A stretch of DNA of 64,000 nucleotides. Source: Ramazzottius varieornatus. Taxonomy: Eukaryota; Animalia; Tardigrada. This document shows positions 1 to 13,334 of this stretch, in pieces (position 1 is the stretch's first letter; each line of letters starts with the position of its first letter). The translations under genes were made by a program, and so were the position numbers. The stretch lies in contig BDGG01000002.1 of NCBI GenBank assembly GCA_001949185.1, positions 4,082,448 through 4,146,447 on the forward strand, given 5' to 3'. The notes beneath the pieces are model-generated. The model saw only the letters and a list, made by a program, of their open reading frames with translations, had not been told where the DNA came from and made no database searches.

Positions 1-437
1 AGGCGACAAGGGAGGAGCTCCAGGATAGGCCTCAAAACCATTCAGCAACCAAAACATCTGACCGTAAATTATTATCTTCTTTTCTAAACCCCACGTTTCA
101 GAATTATGCGGAGACGCTCGAGTTCAATCTGCAGATTGCAAGAGAATCTGAATTTTACTCCTGTCTGAGAGTAGAATAGTGAACGACTGTTAAAAACCCC
201 TCGGATGTGCTTGGTGGTTTATGGTGAGCTGCGGGTGTTAGTCGAGAGGTACCTCCGAACTGAGTGACGGCTGACGGAGCTCCTCGCATTGGTTTCTGCC
301 GTAGCCGGAATATCCGGACGAATTCCGAAGTCGATCACGATCATGTCATGCGTCACTAGTCGAGCAAACTGGTATGTCGCGCCTGACGTTACTGTGGCCA
401 GTTACGTAATCATTCCATGAGGCTCTGCAAGCGCGCG

Positions 438-604
438 CCGGACAGTACTCACGTCATTGGGAGACGAGAGTACTGTCCGGTACTTTTTCTGGCGAAAATA
501 GGCCAAAATATTGGACTTTGGTAGACGAAAGAAGGCGCACCCCTAGCTGGGAGACGAGATTTTGGGGAGACTTCCGTGGCCACATACTTTGGGAGACGAG
601 ATTT
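438..604. repeat. GC-rich hairpin plus short direct repeats
   Basis: 13-bp perfect inverted repeat CCGGACAGTACTC (438-450)/GAGTACTGTCCGG (468-480); TGGGAGACGAGA at 458, 548, 590 and a partial copy at ~564. Confidence 0.7.
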
Positions 605-1535
605 AGGGTGCCCGGCTCGCGCTTGAGGCTCTGCATTCATGCATTCATCGCCTCAGAATCGATGGGGACACTAGAAGGCTCCTGATGGTCTCCTGCACAG
701 CAAGCACAGTATAATGACTATGCAGTCTTTGGTAGCTTCTGGGTACTTCGGTGCGGCTCATAATCCTATCGTTTCCTGTCTGGATCAAACACGAAGTCTG
801 CGCATGTCGGGACGTTCCTCTAAGTGAGCCACTTGTGTCTTCTCCTTTGGCAGATACTTGTAGGCATCAGAAATGACCTCACGGCTCATTGAGCTAGCTG
901 TGAGCGTCCGCGGATCAGTAGTCAAACAAAAACGCTATAGCGAGCCTGATCATCGACCATGCCGAACAGTGCGGCCACCGTAGAGCTCCCTCGTCGCTTT
1001 TCACTTACCGGCAGATCTTTGCTTGTAGATCTCCGCACGAGAAGATCCGCAAATATGGGTCAACACTTCTCACTCGACACGTTTGTTTGCGACACATACC
1101 AGAGCACCGCAATGGCGTTGATGCGGCAGATGAGCCGCTAGTCGCCCTCCTCCCACGAACGTTGTACATCTTCGCGGGCTCACCTTCGCTCACCATAACT
1201 GTAGGGTGTATATGCCTCTCCGCTAGACCACTTGATCTACTCTCAATCAGTCAAACGTCGTGAAAGTGAAATAAAAAAACCGAATGTCGGTGAGTGTGGC
1301 AACATTAGCGTAGCCTCATTGTCCGCCATAATGAGATCATGGATGTACGATGAGCCGGCGATCCGTTTTTGTAGAGTACAATCATTATTAACGGCATGCT
1401 GTTGCATCCATCGCACTCGACGGATCGTTGCTCCTATTGAATTTCATCTTCATGCCACACTTTATTGAGTGTGGCGTTTAATTACGCCTATGTCAGATGT
1501 ATTTCGTGAAATGGAGCTGGGCAGACAAAACGTGC

Positions 1536-1593
1536 AGGATCGTCACCTCAAGTGGCGTACGTTCCCGTTTTACTAAGCGGAAAGGTGCGCCAC
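1536..1593. repeat. Palindromic GTGGCGCAC-N25 element, copy 1 (upstream of RGL)
   Basis: gatcgtcacctcaaGTGGCGTAC-N24-GTGCGCCAC. Confidence 0.7.
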
Positions 1594-4058
1594 GCTACCG
1601 AGCTGCCAAATGAATGGGGCTTGAAGTTCTCAACCCGCGAGCTCTGCTGGCATTCTTCACAATCAAACCTAAAGTACCTGCCAGATTTAAACTGCTAAGA
1701 AAGTGTTTATAGCGTCACGGCTAATTAACACTTGACGTAACGCTTTAATCGGTTGTTTGCAATTACTCTCAAAGGTGTGATACGCAACGTAATCAGCACA
1801 TCTCTTCCTGATAAACGCAGAGAATGTCGGTGCCATTAAGTGTCTTTATCGTAACGCAGTTCAGGTGTGAACTTAGCGCTATTTCTGGACGTGCCTGTCT
1901 TAATCTAACATTTGTTGACTCGGGAACCTTTATCGTACAAGGACAGCACGACCGAACGCCGCTGCGCCAGGCTGCGGCCTAATCGCATAAGACTCCCAGC
2001 CTAATGCTGACAATTTACTGCTACTATCGTACAAGTATCTTGGTTTGGCGAGGTTATCGTAGACGCAAGCAAACTTTGCTGACTGACATCTCGAGGCTGA
2101 TATCGATATTCCTGTGCAGGGTCGAATGCCTGAACCGATGTACTGAAGTGATGTAATCAGCTTTTGTAAGGTACCGGTGTGGCAATAAAAAACAGAACTA
2201 ATTTTCGACTGTAGCGTTGATTGTCAAATTTCGGTTGGACTATAGCTGGTATTGGATTTAAAATTGATCTTATGCAACTTCCGCGTACACCTTACTGTAT
2301 AAACATTCCAGATTGGAGTTTAGTGCAGTGAGAATGCGGAGCAAATTGAGTTTTGCTGTTGTGGCATGTCACCGGAAGTCGATGTGCGAAGTACTGCAAA
2401 TTGGCCTGTTCTTATGCAACCGATATACCGAGCTCGAGCACCATGCAAAGTTGCGTGTATCCGTTTGAAAGTAGGATATCGAATGGAAAAACTGAGCAGT
2501 GCGCAACCAAACGAGAAGCAAGGCTTCTGCGGCATCTTGCTTACTCGATCATCGTCTTGCATGTCTATCTCAAGTTAGAAAGCAAAACTGTGATCAAATT
2601 TGTGGTATATAAGTATGTTTGACCAACATAAGATTAGGTTACAGTACTGAAGGCTTGTTTTGTTTCTTATCGGACAAAGATTATGGAGATTGAATTATCT
2701 TCAGCGGATTATCTTCAGCGCGATATGGTACGCGACAACTGACATGCAGGCGTGGTTCGCCGAAAGTGGCGCTCTCCCACGCCACCACGCCCAGACGTGA
2801 TGCTGTCGCAGTGACGTCCCAGCGAAGAGCTTAATAGCAAGTATTAGGTTGTATGTTCGCAGCGACGTCATAAGCTCGAGTAGTACTGGTTCGTGAATCA
2901 TCGAGTGCTTGTACTTCGAGGCTCGCAGCAGTCTACGATCTTATGTGTATAGTGTATCATACACGAGACAAATGTATGTGTGTTTTCTTTTCAGGCACTT
3001 GAAAGACCAGTCGAAAATTTACTTCATCAAGGTGCACGCGGCTGCTGAAAGTTTGGATCTGATGCAGAGTTTTCCATTGCGTTGGGCGCCAATGAGTGTC
3101 CTATGTACCTGGCAGTCATTGTGCCTTTGTCAGCAATGGCAAGGTCCAGGCCATCCGTCAAGAAGGTCCTGATAGCGTGAATAATTATCAGTGCTGAACT
3201 TTTAACTGCGGACCGGACAAGCTATTTGATAACGCGGTGGAACGTCTTCTGGGAAAGTTCAAGCCATAACTTTTGTGCCGGCACGTTCTCAGCTTGTCGT
3301 TTTACCTTTCCGGGTTCCACCTCGTCTCACCCAGCGTATTCACATTGGCCATTCGTTTACCATACAATCGCATATCCTGATGTGAATTTTATGGCTTTTT
3401 CAAAGAACAGCTGCCCATGATTTCGGCTGGTGGAGACCCATTACCCGTTGTAGGCTCAGTATTGAATTATTATTGTCCGAGTCGACTGACAACTAAACAG
3501 CTTTCGGCGCATTCCTCAGACCTGTGACACGATCAGCACTGACAGCTTTTCAACGAAAACATTTTTGCGCGTCTCACAGGGACCCTCTTTCAACATTTCT
3601 GCCCGGCCATGCAAAGTTTATCTAACGCGGACACACGGCGATCGCCCGAAAACGTAAGACCTAAAAAGATATCTCGATGATTTTCAGACATCTTATACCA
3701 GTCTTTTACAAGTGCATTATGACTGCATCCTATTCGAAAAACTGTTTGAAGACATTCGATTTCAGAAGGGCGTTGTTTGTCGAACCATCGTTTTAGGTAA
3801 ATTTATGTTTGTAGCGCAATTTGGTCGGGAAAAAGCCAACGCACAAAATATTGACTCTTAATCAACCGCAGCAATGCTTTTTCTCTCCATCGACTGCGCG
3901 GTAACACTCCATAGTTGGTTGTGCAATTCCGAAACCGAGTTAGAGATTACGCACAGTACAGTAATTGATTTTCGCGCTGCAAACGAGATTTGCGGCAGCG
4001 ACAGGCGATACATAACGATTTTGTCTATATTATTCTAAACTGTGTTTCTTCATTGAAG

Positions 4059-7000
4059 GGAGACCACCGGAAGTACTGGATGGAAGAGGATGGGGATGAC
4101 GCAATCTATGGAGTGTTCCTCAAGAAGATCCGTTACCGAAGCGGATGCAGTCCGTCACTGGCCGTGGTATGTTCCATATGCCTTGACCGTGCTTTTCATC
4201 AGCAAATAAACATTACCCTGATGAAATTCTCACCTTGTCCTAGACTCTTCCAGGTCATGTCCAAAAACTGTGTAATCAATTAGTCATGCATGGCTACCCT
4301 TGTAGGACACATCATGCAACGAGGCAGTGTCGTACTTGGAGTGGCAGACCATCAAGGTAAAGGTCCTGAAGGCCGCTACTCTGGACAGGGTCCTTCGACA
4401 GCTCATCAACGATGAAAACGAACTGGACTCGGGAACTGTCAACATCTTTCTAGACACCTACCGCGAAGTGACCACTACGGCGGCAGTTGTGACGATCCTC
4501 CTTGAACACTTGACAGCCGCCAGAGAAACACCGCGCGAACGACCCATCAAGCAGCTCCTCTTCACGCTTCTTGAAAACTACCCCGAAGATTTCACCAGGT
4601 AAAGCCGGCAAACCAAATTTCTAACATTACAGGATAACTATATTTGTCTTGCGCCAATGACTCGAATTTGATCGTTTTTGCAAGTGATGCACACTTTCAG
4701 CCAGTTACAATGGACATGTGCGCCACTTGGGATGACGTTCTGGGTCAAGTCAGTTGCCGGCGTTCCGTTTCATTCAGTGTACAAATAATACGGATTTTGC
4801 GAAATTCTTGTTCTCCTTGCCGGCGGCGCATTTGAAATGTTTCGAAGCAAGCGGGCTTTTCTTCGTAGTCATTCCTCACGTGTGGATGTGAACGAGGCTG
4901 TCATCAAGATGATGGAGTACGCCGAACATTCCCAAGATATCGACATGCGCTATCGTTTGATCCAAAGAATTGCGGCCATGAGTGCACAACCGCACTTGTC
5001 ACACCTCGAGGTGCTGGAATGGATCCAAGACTCACAACCGGTTCAGTTGACAGATTTTCCTGCTGACGACACTACCGCCGCTGCCCAAGACCTTCTTAAC
5101 TATGGAGACAAGTTTGTGGCCGAGCAGCTGACTCTGCTGGATGCAGAGTTACTGCGAAGGTTAAGGCCGCATGAATGTCTAGCCAACGAAAGGCTCAGGT
5201 CGACATCGGGGAATAGCGCAAGGACAAGTACCGTCCAAGGAACCATCTGCCACTTCAATGCCGTCTGTGCGAGGGTCGAGTCAAGCCTCTTGGGGGACCT
5301 CAACATGCCTAATGCACTTCGCCAGCGGATGTTGATCAAATGGATCGACATTGCACACTTCCTCTTCATCCTGAAGAACTTCTCTTCGTTAACTGCTGTG
5401 ATATCGGCATTGCAAGCCGAACCTATCTTCCGTCTCAAAAGATTATGGGCTTCATTACCGACGTAAGTTGAGAAGAGAATACACGCAGCGGAACAAGATA
5501 CTTCCGCGTGGGTCGCTGTAATGGTTCTCTGGTGAATAACTTAAGGCAGTGCGCGAGTTTGAGTGGGTAAGGAGAAAGTCGGTTTATTGTATACTGTGGA
5601 GGGTAATAAATTCTTGTCTAATCGTAAACGGAGAATAGTTTGTGCTTCGGCGAAGCGTGTGCTTGTGCTCCGGTATTGTTGACTGGTTGCTGACTCAGGC
5701 GTAATTTGACGCCGCCGACTTATCCACCTTTGTATGCTAATAATGCGTCACCATATTTTTGCAGGGAGAAGCTTGGCCGCTTCAAAGAGCTGGTTGTGCT
5801 CTGCTCGAGCGATCGGATGGCTGCCACGAACGACCTACAGCAAGGCGTAACGGCTACACAACCAAGCATGCAAAATTATGGTGCGGGCGTCAAAGAGCTG
5901 TCGACACTGAAAATTACTAAAAGGACCGGCCACCGTCGGTCACATTCAGACAACGTAAGCCGCAGATAAAATTCACTAAAAATTGATCCGTTTAGTTCTT
6001 CGGTCAAAAGCTTCAAAACAACGGAACATAAGTTTGCTAATCAAGACATGAAAAGATAAACGAAAATCTGCTTGATTAATTCTGATTGGGGTGTTTCTTA
6101 ACCAGTAGCGCATTGCGCGCGGATCGCCTTGAAGATACAGATCAATGGCTTTGCGCTTGTTAATCGGGGTTTTGGTGCTCATAGACTGGAAAGGTCCACG
6201 GTATGGTTCCTTATCTCGGAAAGTTCCTGACAGATCTGGTTATGCTGGACACCGCCTTACCGGCTCACGTCTGCACAAAAACTGGACGTCGCCTGTTGAA
6301 TTTCGACAAGTGCCGAAAGGAGTTTGAGATTCTTGCACAGATTCGCCTGTATCAATCAGCAGCGGCCAGCTATCTGATCGAACCCCAAGATCATTTCCGG
6401 TTCTGGTTTTACAGGGCTCTGCGAATACTTGATAGTGAGGACTGGTACGTGTCAACGAGTATCACTAATCGACCTACATTCTTCAGCCATAACATCGCAC
6501 ATACCACTCAAATGTCGCTCAACCTTAGCATTGGCAAAAAACTCTAGAGCAAAAAAATCGTTCGCAAAAAATATTCCGCTTGTAAAAGATCATCCAGAAT
6601 GAATAACGCACTTGCATCGGTTTCGGAAAATCCATATCTTCTTACGCGCCAATACAGACGGTTCCTCTTATGGCCCGAGGAAGCGTAAATATTTTCAGAC
6701 TAATGAATTTGTATGTTTAGTTTTTGCAGAAACTGCGGCGCACCGCCTTAATAAGCAGACGACATAACAATTTAAACGACGTGAACCGCGCAGTGACTAA
6801 TAACATTCTTCTTTGACAGTTTCAGTAATTCATTCCTGATTGAGCCGCCACCGAGTCTGACCGGTTCTTGCTCGGAAATTTCGGATTCCAGCGAAGGCCG
6901 TAAGCGCGGTGGATTGCTCAGCAGTGGACTGAGCACGCTAAAACGGATGGTTTCCCAAGAAAATTTGCTCCAGTACGCCCCACTGACAGTCTCACGAAAG

Positions 7001-7692
7001 AACTCCGTCTCATCTAGCCAGTCTCTAGACTATCGGCGTCAGACAAAAAGTACCACCGTCACCAAGTCGCCTTATCTTACCGATACTCAATGTATCTTGA
7101 AGATAAGCCTGGACGGAAATACCGGCAGCAGTGTCTTTTATGGAGGTGTTAACCTGTACAAAAGTATCATGGTCAACGACAGCCAGAAAACCACATCGGT
7201 GATAAGAGCCGCCCTGGATAAGCACGACCGACAGCACGACGATCCTAACTGCTACGACCTGGTCCAAATCTTATCCAGAGACGAAGGTAGGTGGGAGTTC
7301 CCCGCACTTTCGCCTTGTCTGGGCAATGGACAAACTAACGAACAGATCTCTCACGCATCTACATACTTGTTCGCGTTCCCGCACGACGTCCTACTGTATG
7401 CACGTTCTTGAACAGGACCCGAACTGTTCAGCGATTGCGCGATTCTTTTCATAGACTAAGCTAAAATTTAGCAGATACTTCTTTTGCAGAATTCGTGATA
7501 CCATTCGACGCAACGGTCTTCTACGCCATCAACTCCGGTGAAAGTGAGCTAAAGTTCGTGCTTCGAAAGAAAACCTCGCCTTTCAAGTTTGGCCAACCGC
7601 CTTTGCCCAAGTCACGATCGTCTTCGAAGACTCGCAGCACGAAAGACGCAGTGAACAAGTGGTCTATCAAAAGTATCACAAGAACCGTGTAA
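4059..7692 (+). CDS. Rgl: Ral guanine nucleotide dissociation stimulator-like (RalGDS/RGL family RasGEF with REM, CDC25 and C-terminal RA domains), multi-exon
   Basis: N-terminal motif [18 protein letters not shown]; REM '[14 protein letters not shown]...FLDTYR'; CDC25 '[13 protein letters not shown]...[25 protein letters not shown]', '[19 protein letters not shown]...[12 protein letters not shown]'; RA domain 'NLYKSIMV...VIRAALDKH...YDLVQIL...VFYAIN...FVLRKK'. Exons ~4059-4166, 4307-4598, 4869-5462, 5765-5953, 6186-6443, 6820-7286, 7490-7692. Phase-compatible upstream exons ~2443-2612 and ~2995-3031 may supply the start. Confidence 0.9.
4669..4742. repeat. Palindromic element copy 2 (RGL intron)
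   Basis: gatcgtttttgcaaGTGATGCAC-N25-GTGCGCCACttgggatgacgttc. Confidence 0.8.
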
Positions 7693-8062
7693 TGATAGAC
7701 TGGTCGACACAAGATGTGACAGCTTTATCAGAAAGTAGATCTTTGAGAAAGAAAGTGTATCTACCGTTCTACGTCATGCGACAGTTTGTACGGAAGCACG
7801 GATACTTCGCTGAAATCTGGTACAGTCATTTTGTTGTTTAGGTAGAGGTCTGAAAGCTGCTGGTGCTGTAAACCCGGTGATCCAACACCGTCAGCACATG
7901 TAATTTATTTCGTTACGAGAAAGCCGTAAATAATGCTGACAGAAGTTAATAAAAAACCGCCAGTCGTTGAAAGCGTCGTTTCATGGCTTATTTGGCCGGG
8001 AAAAAAGGGATGAGCTTTGGAGAAAAGTCAACCGAGGTAGAGAGGAGCATCCCATCTCCTTG

Positions 8063-8790
8063 TCACGAAACGTGCAGGAATGAGTAAATAATTATCCAGG
8101 TTGCCTGAAAAAATGAGCGTCCATAATCACTCGTACTGTGTTGTTAAATATGTACCATAAAAAATAAATACCGCTCTAAAAGTCTTCTACCATTCCAGAC
8201 TCGATATTTTTTGACACCTCGGCCTTCGAACAACAACGGTGCACTTTGCATTCAAGAAGAACTTCAGAACAACTGAACAAGAATGCGTACTTACGAGGAA
8301 AGTTGCGAGCGAGGAAGGAAACCCTTCTTTTATAACGGTAGTTTTATCGCCAAAAGTGTCTTCCAAGTCGACATCCTGAAAGTTGGTGGAATACCACAAA
8401 GCTGCTAAACAGGAAACGCCTCCGAATCTATGCAAAATGAACATTCAGTGGCAGTGTCATATTATGGTCAAGATGAGCTGAACCGGAAGTCGTTCCCTGC
8501 TTACAATGCAAAACCGAGAAAGCCTTTCAGGGGAATAATACCGCAAACGAGGCCAACCAGTAGAGCTATACACTGCTGCATCCAGTACAGAACATCCAGA
8601 AACTCGTCCTGCAGAAATAAGACATTCCCGGGTCATGCAAAGCATAGTGGAACAACTTCTGTTGTCTCGAAAGAAATAATAGTACATTGTACGGTACCTT
8701 GTCAGGCCACACCGCCGATCTTTGGAATGCTCGTTTCCATACACTAGGGATAGCAGCGTCTTCTTCTTTCCTCCGTCGCGCAGCCTCCAT
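8063..8790 (-). CDS. RAB5IF: RAB5-interacting factor / GEL complex subunit OPTI (C20orf24-like, EMC6/Rab5ip family), 4 exons
   Basis: Spliced product MEAARRRKEEDAAIPSVWKRAFQRSAVWPDK|DEFLDVLYWMQQCIALLVGLVCGIIPLKGFLGFAL|FGG...VIKEGFPSSLATFL|ATWIIIYSFLHVS* matches the family pattern W.DKDEFLDV.YW..Q.I....G...G..PL.GF...KEGF..S.A.F...WI..Y. Confidence 0.9.
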
Positions 8791-9678
8791 CTCATCTATC
8801 AAGTACGCCGGCTCGAAATGGAAAGAGGAACACAAACTCCAGGTTTTCACAGGAAGACGAGACAAGATGACTTCACTCCTTCGAATCACTCGCTTTGCTG
8901 GAAAATAAGATTATTATAGGGACTGCGAGTGAAAGCGCACTAGCACAATCCGATACCAAAAAGATCATGGTGACGTCATATGTAAACACGGTGCGACTCT
9001 CTCAACACGGAGCCTACCAGATAAACTTGTTACTCTGATGTCACGATATTCCTATCCGTTTCGAATTGTGCTAGTGCGCTACCGCTCGCAATCTCTATAC
9101 TTATTTCCGGTTGCGCTTTTCTCATCAAGAGGTTGGAAAAGATTAATTCTGACGTTCGGATGTCCCAGTTTGCATTGGAGGATCAGCCGTCCATCCCATC
9201 CCGGCCACGATCCGCTGCCGGTTCTGGCGCGGAGCACCTGCTGTTGCCACTCATCGGTCGTATTGTTTGGTGGAGGTTCAGCTCGACCGGTCGGAAGGAA
9301 CGATCACGTGCGCTTAATCCATTAAAGAGGATACGAAAGAAAGCTGTAAGGTATGTCCGTAGCGTTGAATGCATGATACCGAAGTAAGACATAGGTCGGA
9401 CCTCGGGGTACCTTGGTATCGAAGAGACAGGACGCACGTGTCCGGTACGTTTGAGCTCGCACTACATCACTTGTGTGTTAGTTAGAGGTCCTGTAGAGCA
9501 TAATTATCGTAGTGCCGTAGTGCAGTACTGCAGTTTCCCAAATCTCTCCATATGGAAGGTGGGGATGTTATTCGGTCCGGTTCTCGTGGCACTTTTGAGA
9601 TATGATGGCAGAGTTTTTCCGCGTGTAGCCTGACAAGACTGGGTGCTTCTGTGTTTCTCAAGCAGATTGCCGCGCAGG
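8791..9678. promoter_or_regulatory. Probable bidirectional promoter/5'UTR region between RAB5IF (-) and TAF1B (+)
   Basis: Head-to-head arrangement; perfect TGACGTCA palindrome at 8971-8978. Confidence 0.35.
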
Positions 9679-12600
9679 ATGGACGATCACGACTCAGCAC
9701 CGAAGCGAAAAAAAAAGAAGAAAGCCCAGGTTGCAGATGCGCAAGACGTTCAAGATGTCGGTGATGCCGAAGCTAAAGGAGCTAACGATTCATTGCTGTC
9801 CGCTTTGAAAAAGAAGAAGTCGAAGAAATCGACTTCCGGCTCACTTCCGGAACGAGATGCCGAACCAGATAACGAGCTACACGGCCAAGACAATGTTCCA
9901 GACCTTCCCAAGAAAAGCAAGCGACAACGAACTACCGAGCAAATTCTCGTACCAGAAGTAGAGGAGCCTGTCTCACCTGATTCAGTGAATAACGATGCGG
10001 TCGGTGATCTGAACGTCAACCTTCCTTTGACGCCATCGAGCTCCTCACGGAAAAAGATAAAGCTCAAATCACCACTAGGTACTGTACCTGTGTCTTCTCC
10101 CAGTTTGACCGTATTCCATCGGATCATGGTCGTGTTCGGTTGTTTTTGTTGTTTTACCTGTTCGTATGTATCGCTCTTGCAGCTGTGTCTTCTCCAAAAG
10201 ATGCTGTTGTCCTTGAGCCGGCACATGTGCCACAAGCTACGCCGGCCCCACAAGCTGAGCAAGTCCTACAGCGAAGCAAACGAGGAAGAGGTCGACCTAA
10301 AGGTGCCAAAAACAAGCCGAAAACTAACGGATCTCACGATGAGTTGCCGAAGAAGACTCCGGGCAAGCGTGGACGACCGCCTGGTTCTCTGAATAAACGA
10401 CCTTTGATGAGACAGTCGGATTTTCTGGTTCCTGGCGGAGTGAGCAAGCGAAAGCCGAGGCGACCTCGTACCACCATTTCGAGCAAAAAGTCAGCTAAGA
10501 AGGATGCAGTAACGCTGAAGCGGGCTCCTACTTCCAGGCGGAAACGTCTCAAAAAAGAGCTGGACGAAGATGCAGAATGGGAACCGGAAGTGGGGGAGAG
10601 CGCTTTCGTGGTGGCGACCAAAGTTTTGAAGGCTCAGGTCAAGTTTCTTGTCAGGAAATGCGGAGCGTCGAAGAGATTCAAAGAGGCCGTCCAGCACCTT
10701 TGGCTGAGGTTCGTATAAAATTTTCTGTGGAATGGAACTAAACAGCTTCGTGAATGATACTGAACAGAGGTTTTATTGCTCAAATTTAAAAAGCGAAGAC
10801 TAGTTTGGAAATCAGCTGACTAACACAGGTGTTCATTTCAGTTATCTAACAGTGGCACTTCCGGACGTCAGTGAAGGAGTGGAAGGTACGCTGATGGCAG
10901 GCAACAGGTGGTTGAACGCTCTCCGCGATTCTGACTTCTGCCTTCTCCTAAACTGCAAAAGCGACTTCATGCGCAAGACCCTTCGCGGTTGGAAGCTCGA
11001 TCGGTTTTTATCCGGCGCCGAAATCGAAGTCCCGCCGCATGTCACCAAAAAACGCGCCGACAGAATGAAGTGGTTCAAGAAGAAAAATGGAGGAAGACCG
11101 AGTTTCAAATCAAAAACTTCAGAGTTGACACAGACCGAAATAGCGTTCGAAGTAACAGATCAAGTCTACGAACCAGCATACCACAGAAGCATCAACGTGG
11201 CGCCGGAAAGACTAACGATGACACGACTAGTCGCTTTGGTCGCTCTAGGCTTGTACGTATCAGAAGAGCGAATATTAATCAGTGATCTCCTTCGCTGGAT
11301 TCGTTGCATGCAGTTCCCTTACATAGACACTAAACTGAAGTCCAGAGAGGAACGGTCAACCTGGAGGCATTTGTACGGACAGAAAGAGTACGTGATGATG
11401 TCGTACAGTGATGTGGTGTTTCACATTCACCGACTGCATACGCTGCTGAACCTGGGTCCAGCTGCTTTCCCCGTGGTGTCGGTGGCACCGGTGGTTAAGA
11501 GGTTCGTGGAGGAGCTGAATTTGCCGAGGTCGTTTTTGGGGTACGTGATGGCGCTGATGGACAAGCTCAATCTGACGGAGTACACACTGGACCTGAGGGC
11601 GGCCGCGGGGTATATGAAGCAGCGAGCGTGTAATGTGGAAGCGCTGGTCATGGCGTGCATCTTCCATGCATTGAGGTTCATGTTCGGACTGGATGGAAAA
11701 GCCGAGAAGGCGATATCAGCGGAGACAGTAAAGTTGAGATGGCTGCTGATGACAGAGGCAAACGTGACGCTTTTCGACTTCCTGGTGCGTAAACTCATTT
11801 CTGCCTCCATTAACCTACCGTAGAAGATACCAATTTTCTCCCCAGTAGTGTACTGTATTCCATCGATAGTTCTGCGAATTACGTCATCAAGCCAGTGAAT
11901 TATACCCGCGCTGGTATCGCTGATTGTTTGATTGTCCCCCATCATTACACTTGACTGGGGAGCAGTCTTTGATTGAAGGTATACTTAGGTACTTTCTGTT
12001 CCCCGCCGGATGATACTTGCCACGACAGTCACGTGATTCGCAGAACTTTCGAGGGAATACAGTACATCTGCAGTTCGATCAACCAAAATCTTGAGACGTG
12101 AATGTACCCAGATCGTTTCCCAAGTGGCGCGCGCTCTCAGCCAGTAACAATGAAAATGTGCGGCACTGGAGAAACAGACCTGGGTGAAATCATTGGGCGT
12201 CGTCCACTTGCTGAATGTCATGAAGCTCGATGGTTTGTATCGTAATTATGGTCCTTAATTCCAAGTTTTTTTTAGGAATGGAAGCAGCATTTGGACGCGC
12301 GAAGAATTGTCCTCGGCCGCTTCACCAACATCACGCCGGCTTCCTCTGTTTCCTCCCGACTAGGTATGCTCAGCAAGAAAACCATGTCTTGGGGGAAGAT
12401 GGAGGAGGATCGACAGCATCCGGCTGACTACGTGACGCTACAAAAGTCTTTCCAGAATGACAACCATTGTCGTCCTTACAGGCCGAGCATGAAACTCAAA
12501 GACTACGGAAAGTTTGTCTTGCTACCGCCCACACTCCGACCATACCGCGCACACGCTGAGGCCTTAGCGGATACCAGTGACGCTCTGAGTTTAGAATTCG

Positions 12601-12992
12601 GCCAGTTCTCGCTTTCTCATGTGCTCATCGATGAAGTGCTAGCGAGCAAAGGACATCTTCCTCGTGAATGGAAGGTGCTGGAGGAAGAGAATAGATATGA
12701 ATGTCTGAAGTGCTTGGGTAGGCTGAAGGCCGCACAGGTTGTGTGCTATAATGAGGCATATCCGTTGAGGGCGCACAATAACCGGACAGGAACCAACTTT
12801 GCCCAAGTGAAGTTTGTCAGGTCGGACACGATGCAGTGGCTGATTAGGGTCATGGCGGACATGATTGAACAGGACCCGAAAGCCTTGTTGGGGGAAATTA
12901 TGTATCTAGAGATGGGACTGTATCCCCATAATAACTTTTGTAGAGCTTATGGACCATACAGGAACGACGTTTTGAAAATGCGTTCTGGTTAG
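9679..12992 (+). CDS. TAF1B: TATA-box binding protein-associated factor RNA polymerase I subunit B (TAF1B/RRN7-like) with long Lys-rich, AT-hook-containing N-terminus
   Basis: Cyclin-fold motifs 'LKAQVKFLV...EAVQHLWLSYL', 'LTMTRLVALVALGL...ILISDLLRWI....FPYI', 'RFVEELNLP', 'EALVMACIFHALRFMFGLDG'. Exons ~9679-10078, 10183-10708, 10841-11784, 12276-12992; start codon uncertain. Confidence 0.75.
12106..12185. repeat. Palindromic element copy 3 (TAF1B intron)
   Basis: acccagatcgtttcccaaGTGGCGCGC-N25-GTGCGGCACtggagaaacagacctgggt. Confidence 0.85.
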
Positions 12993-13334
12993 ATTTTCCT
13001 GTTGAACTTTCCTGTACTGTCTTTTAAACTGGTATAGTTTTTTGACACTGGTTCGATTCTTCGTTCCTTGCTCAGTCTCTCTGATTTGTATTGTAAAGTT
13101 TTCTTAACCAGTCGCAGTTGAGTTCTGATAGTTATAACAAGTAAAAAAATCGAAGGTAAACAAGTTGTTATCTTTACCGACGTTGTTATATTTACGCGGA
13201 GAATGAAGTTTCCGTTTTGAAGGGCAGAGTCCGCCACGCAAACTCGTCGACGGACTTCGCGGCGTACTTCCTTGAAATTTTGGCATCGGATGCTTGTTTG
13301 CTGGTGCATTCATCTGTTCTCTTGGTTTTAGGAG

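Noticed and set aside
1-57. Possible minus-strand exon (MFWLLNGFEAYPGAPPLSP...) after a cag acceptor, running off the window edge
   Set aside because: Too short to identify; no recognisable motif
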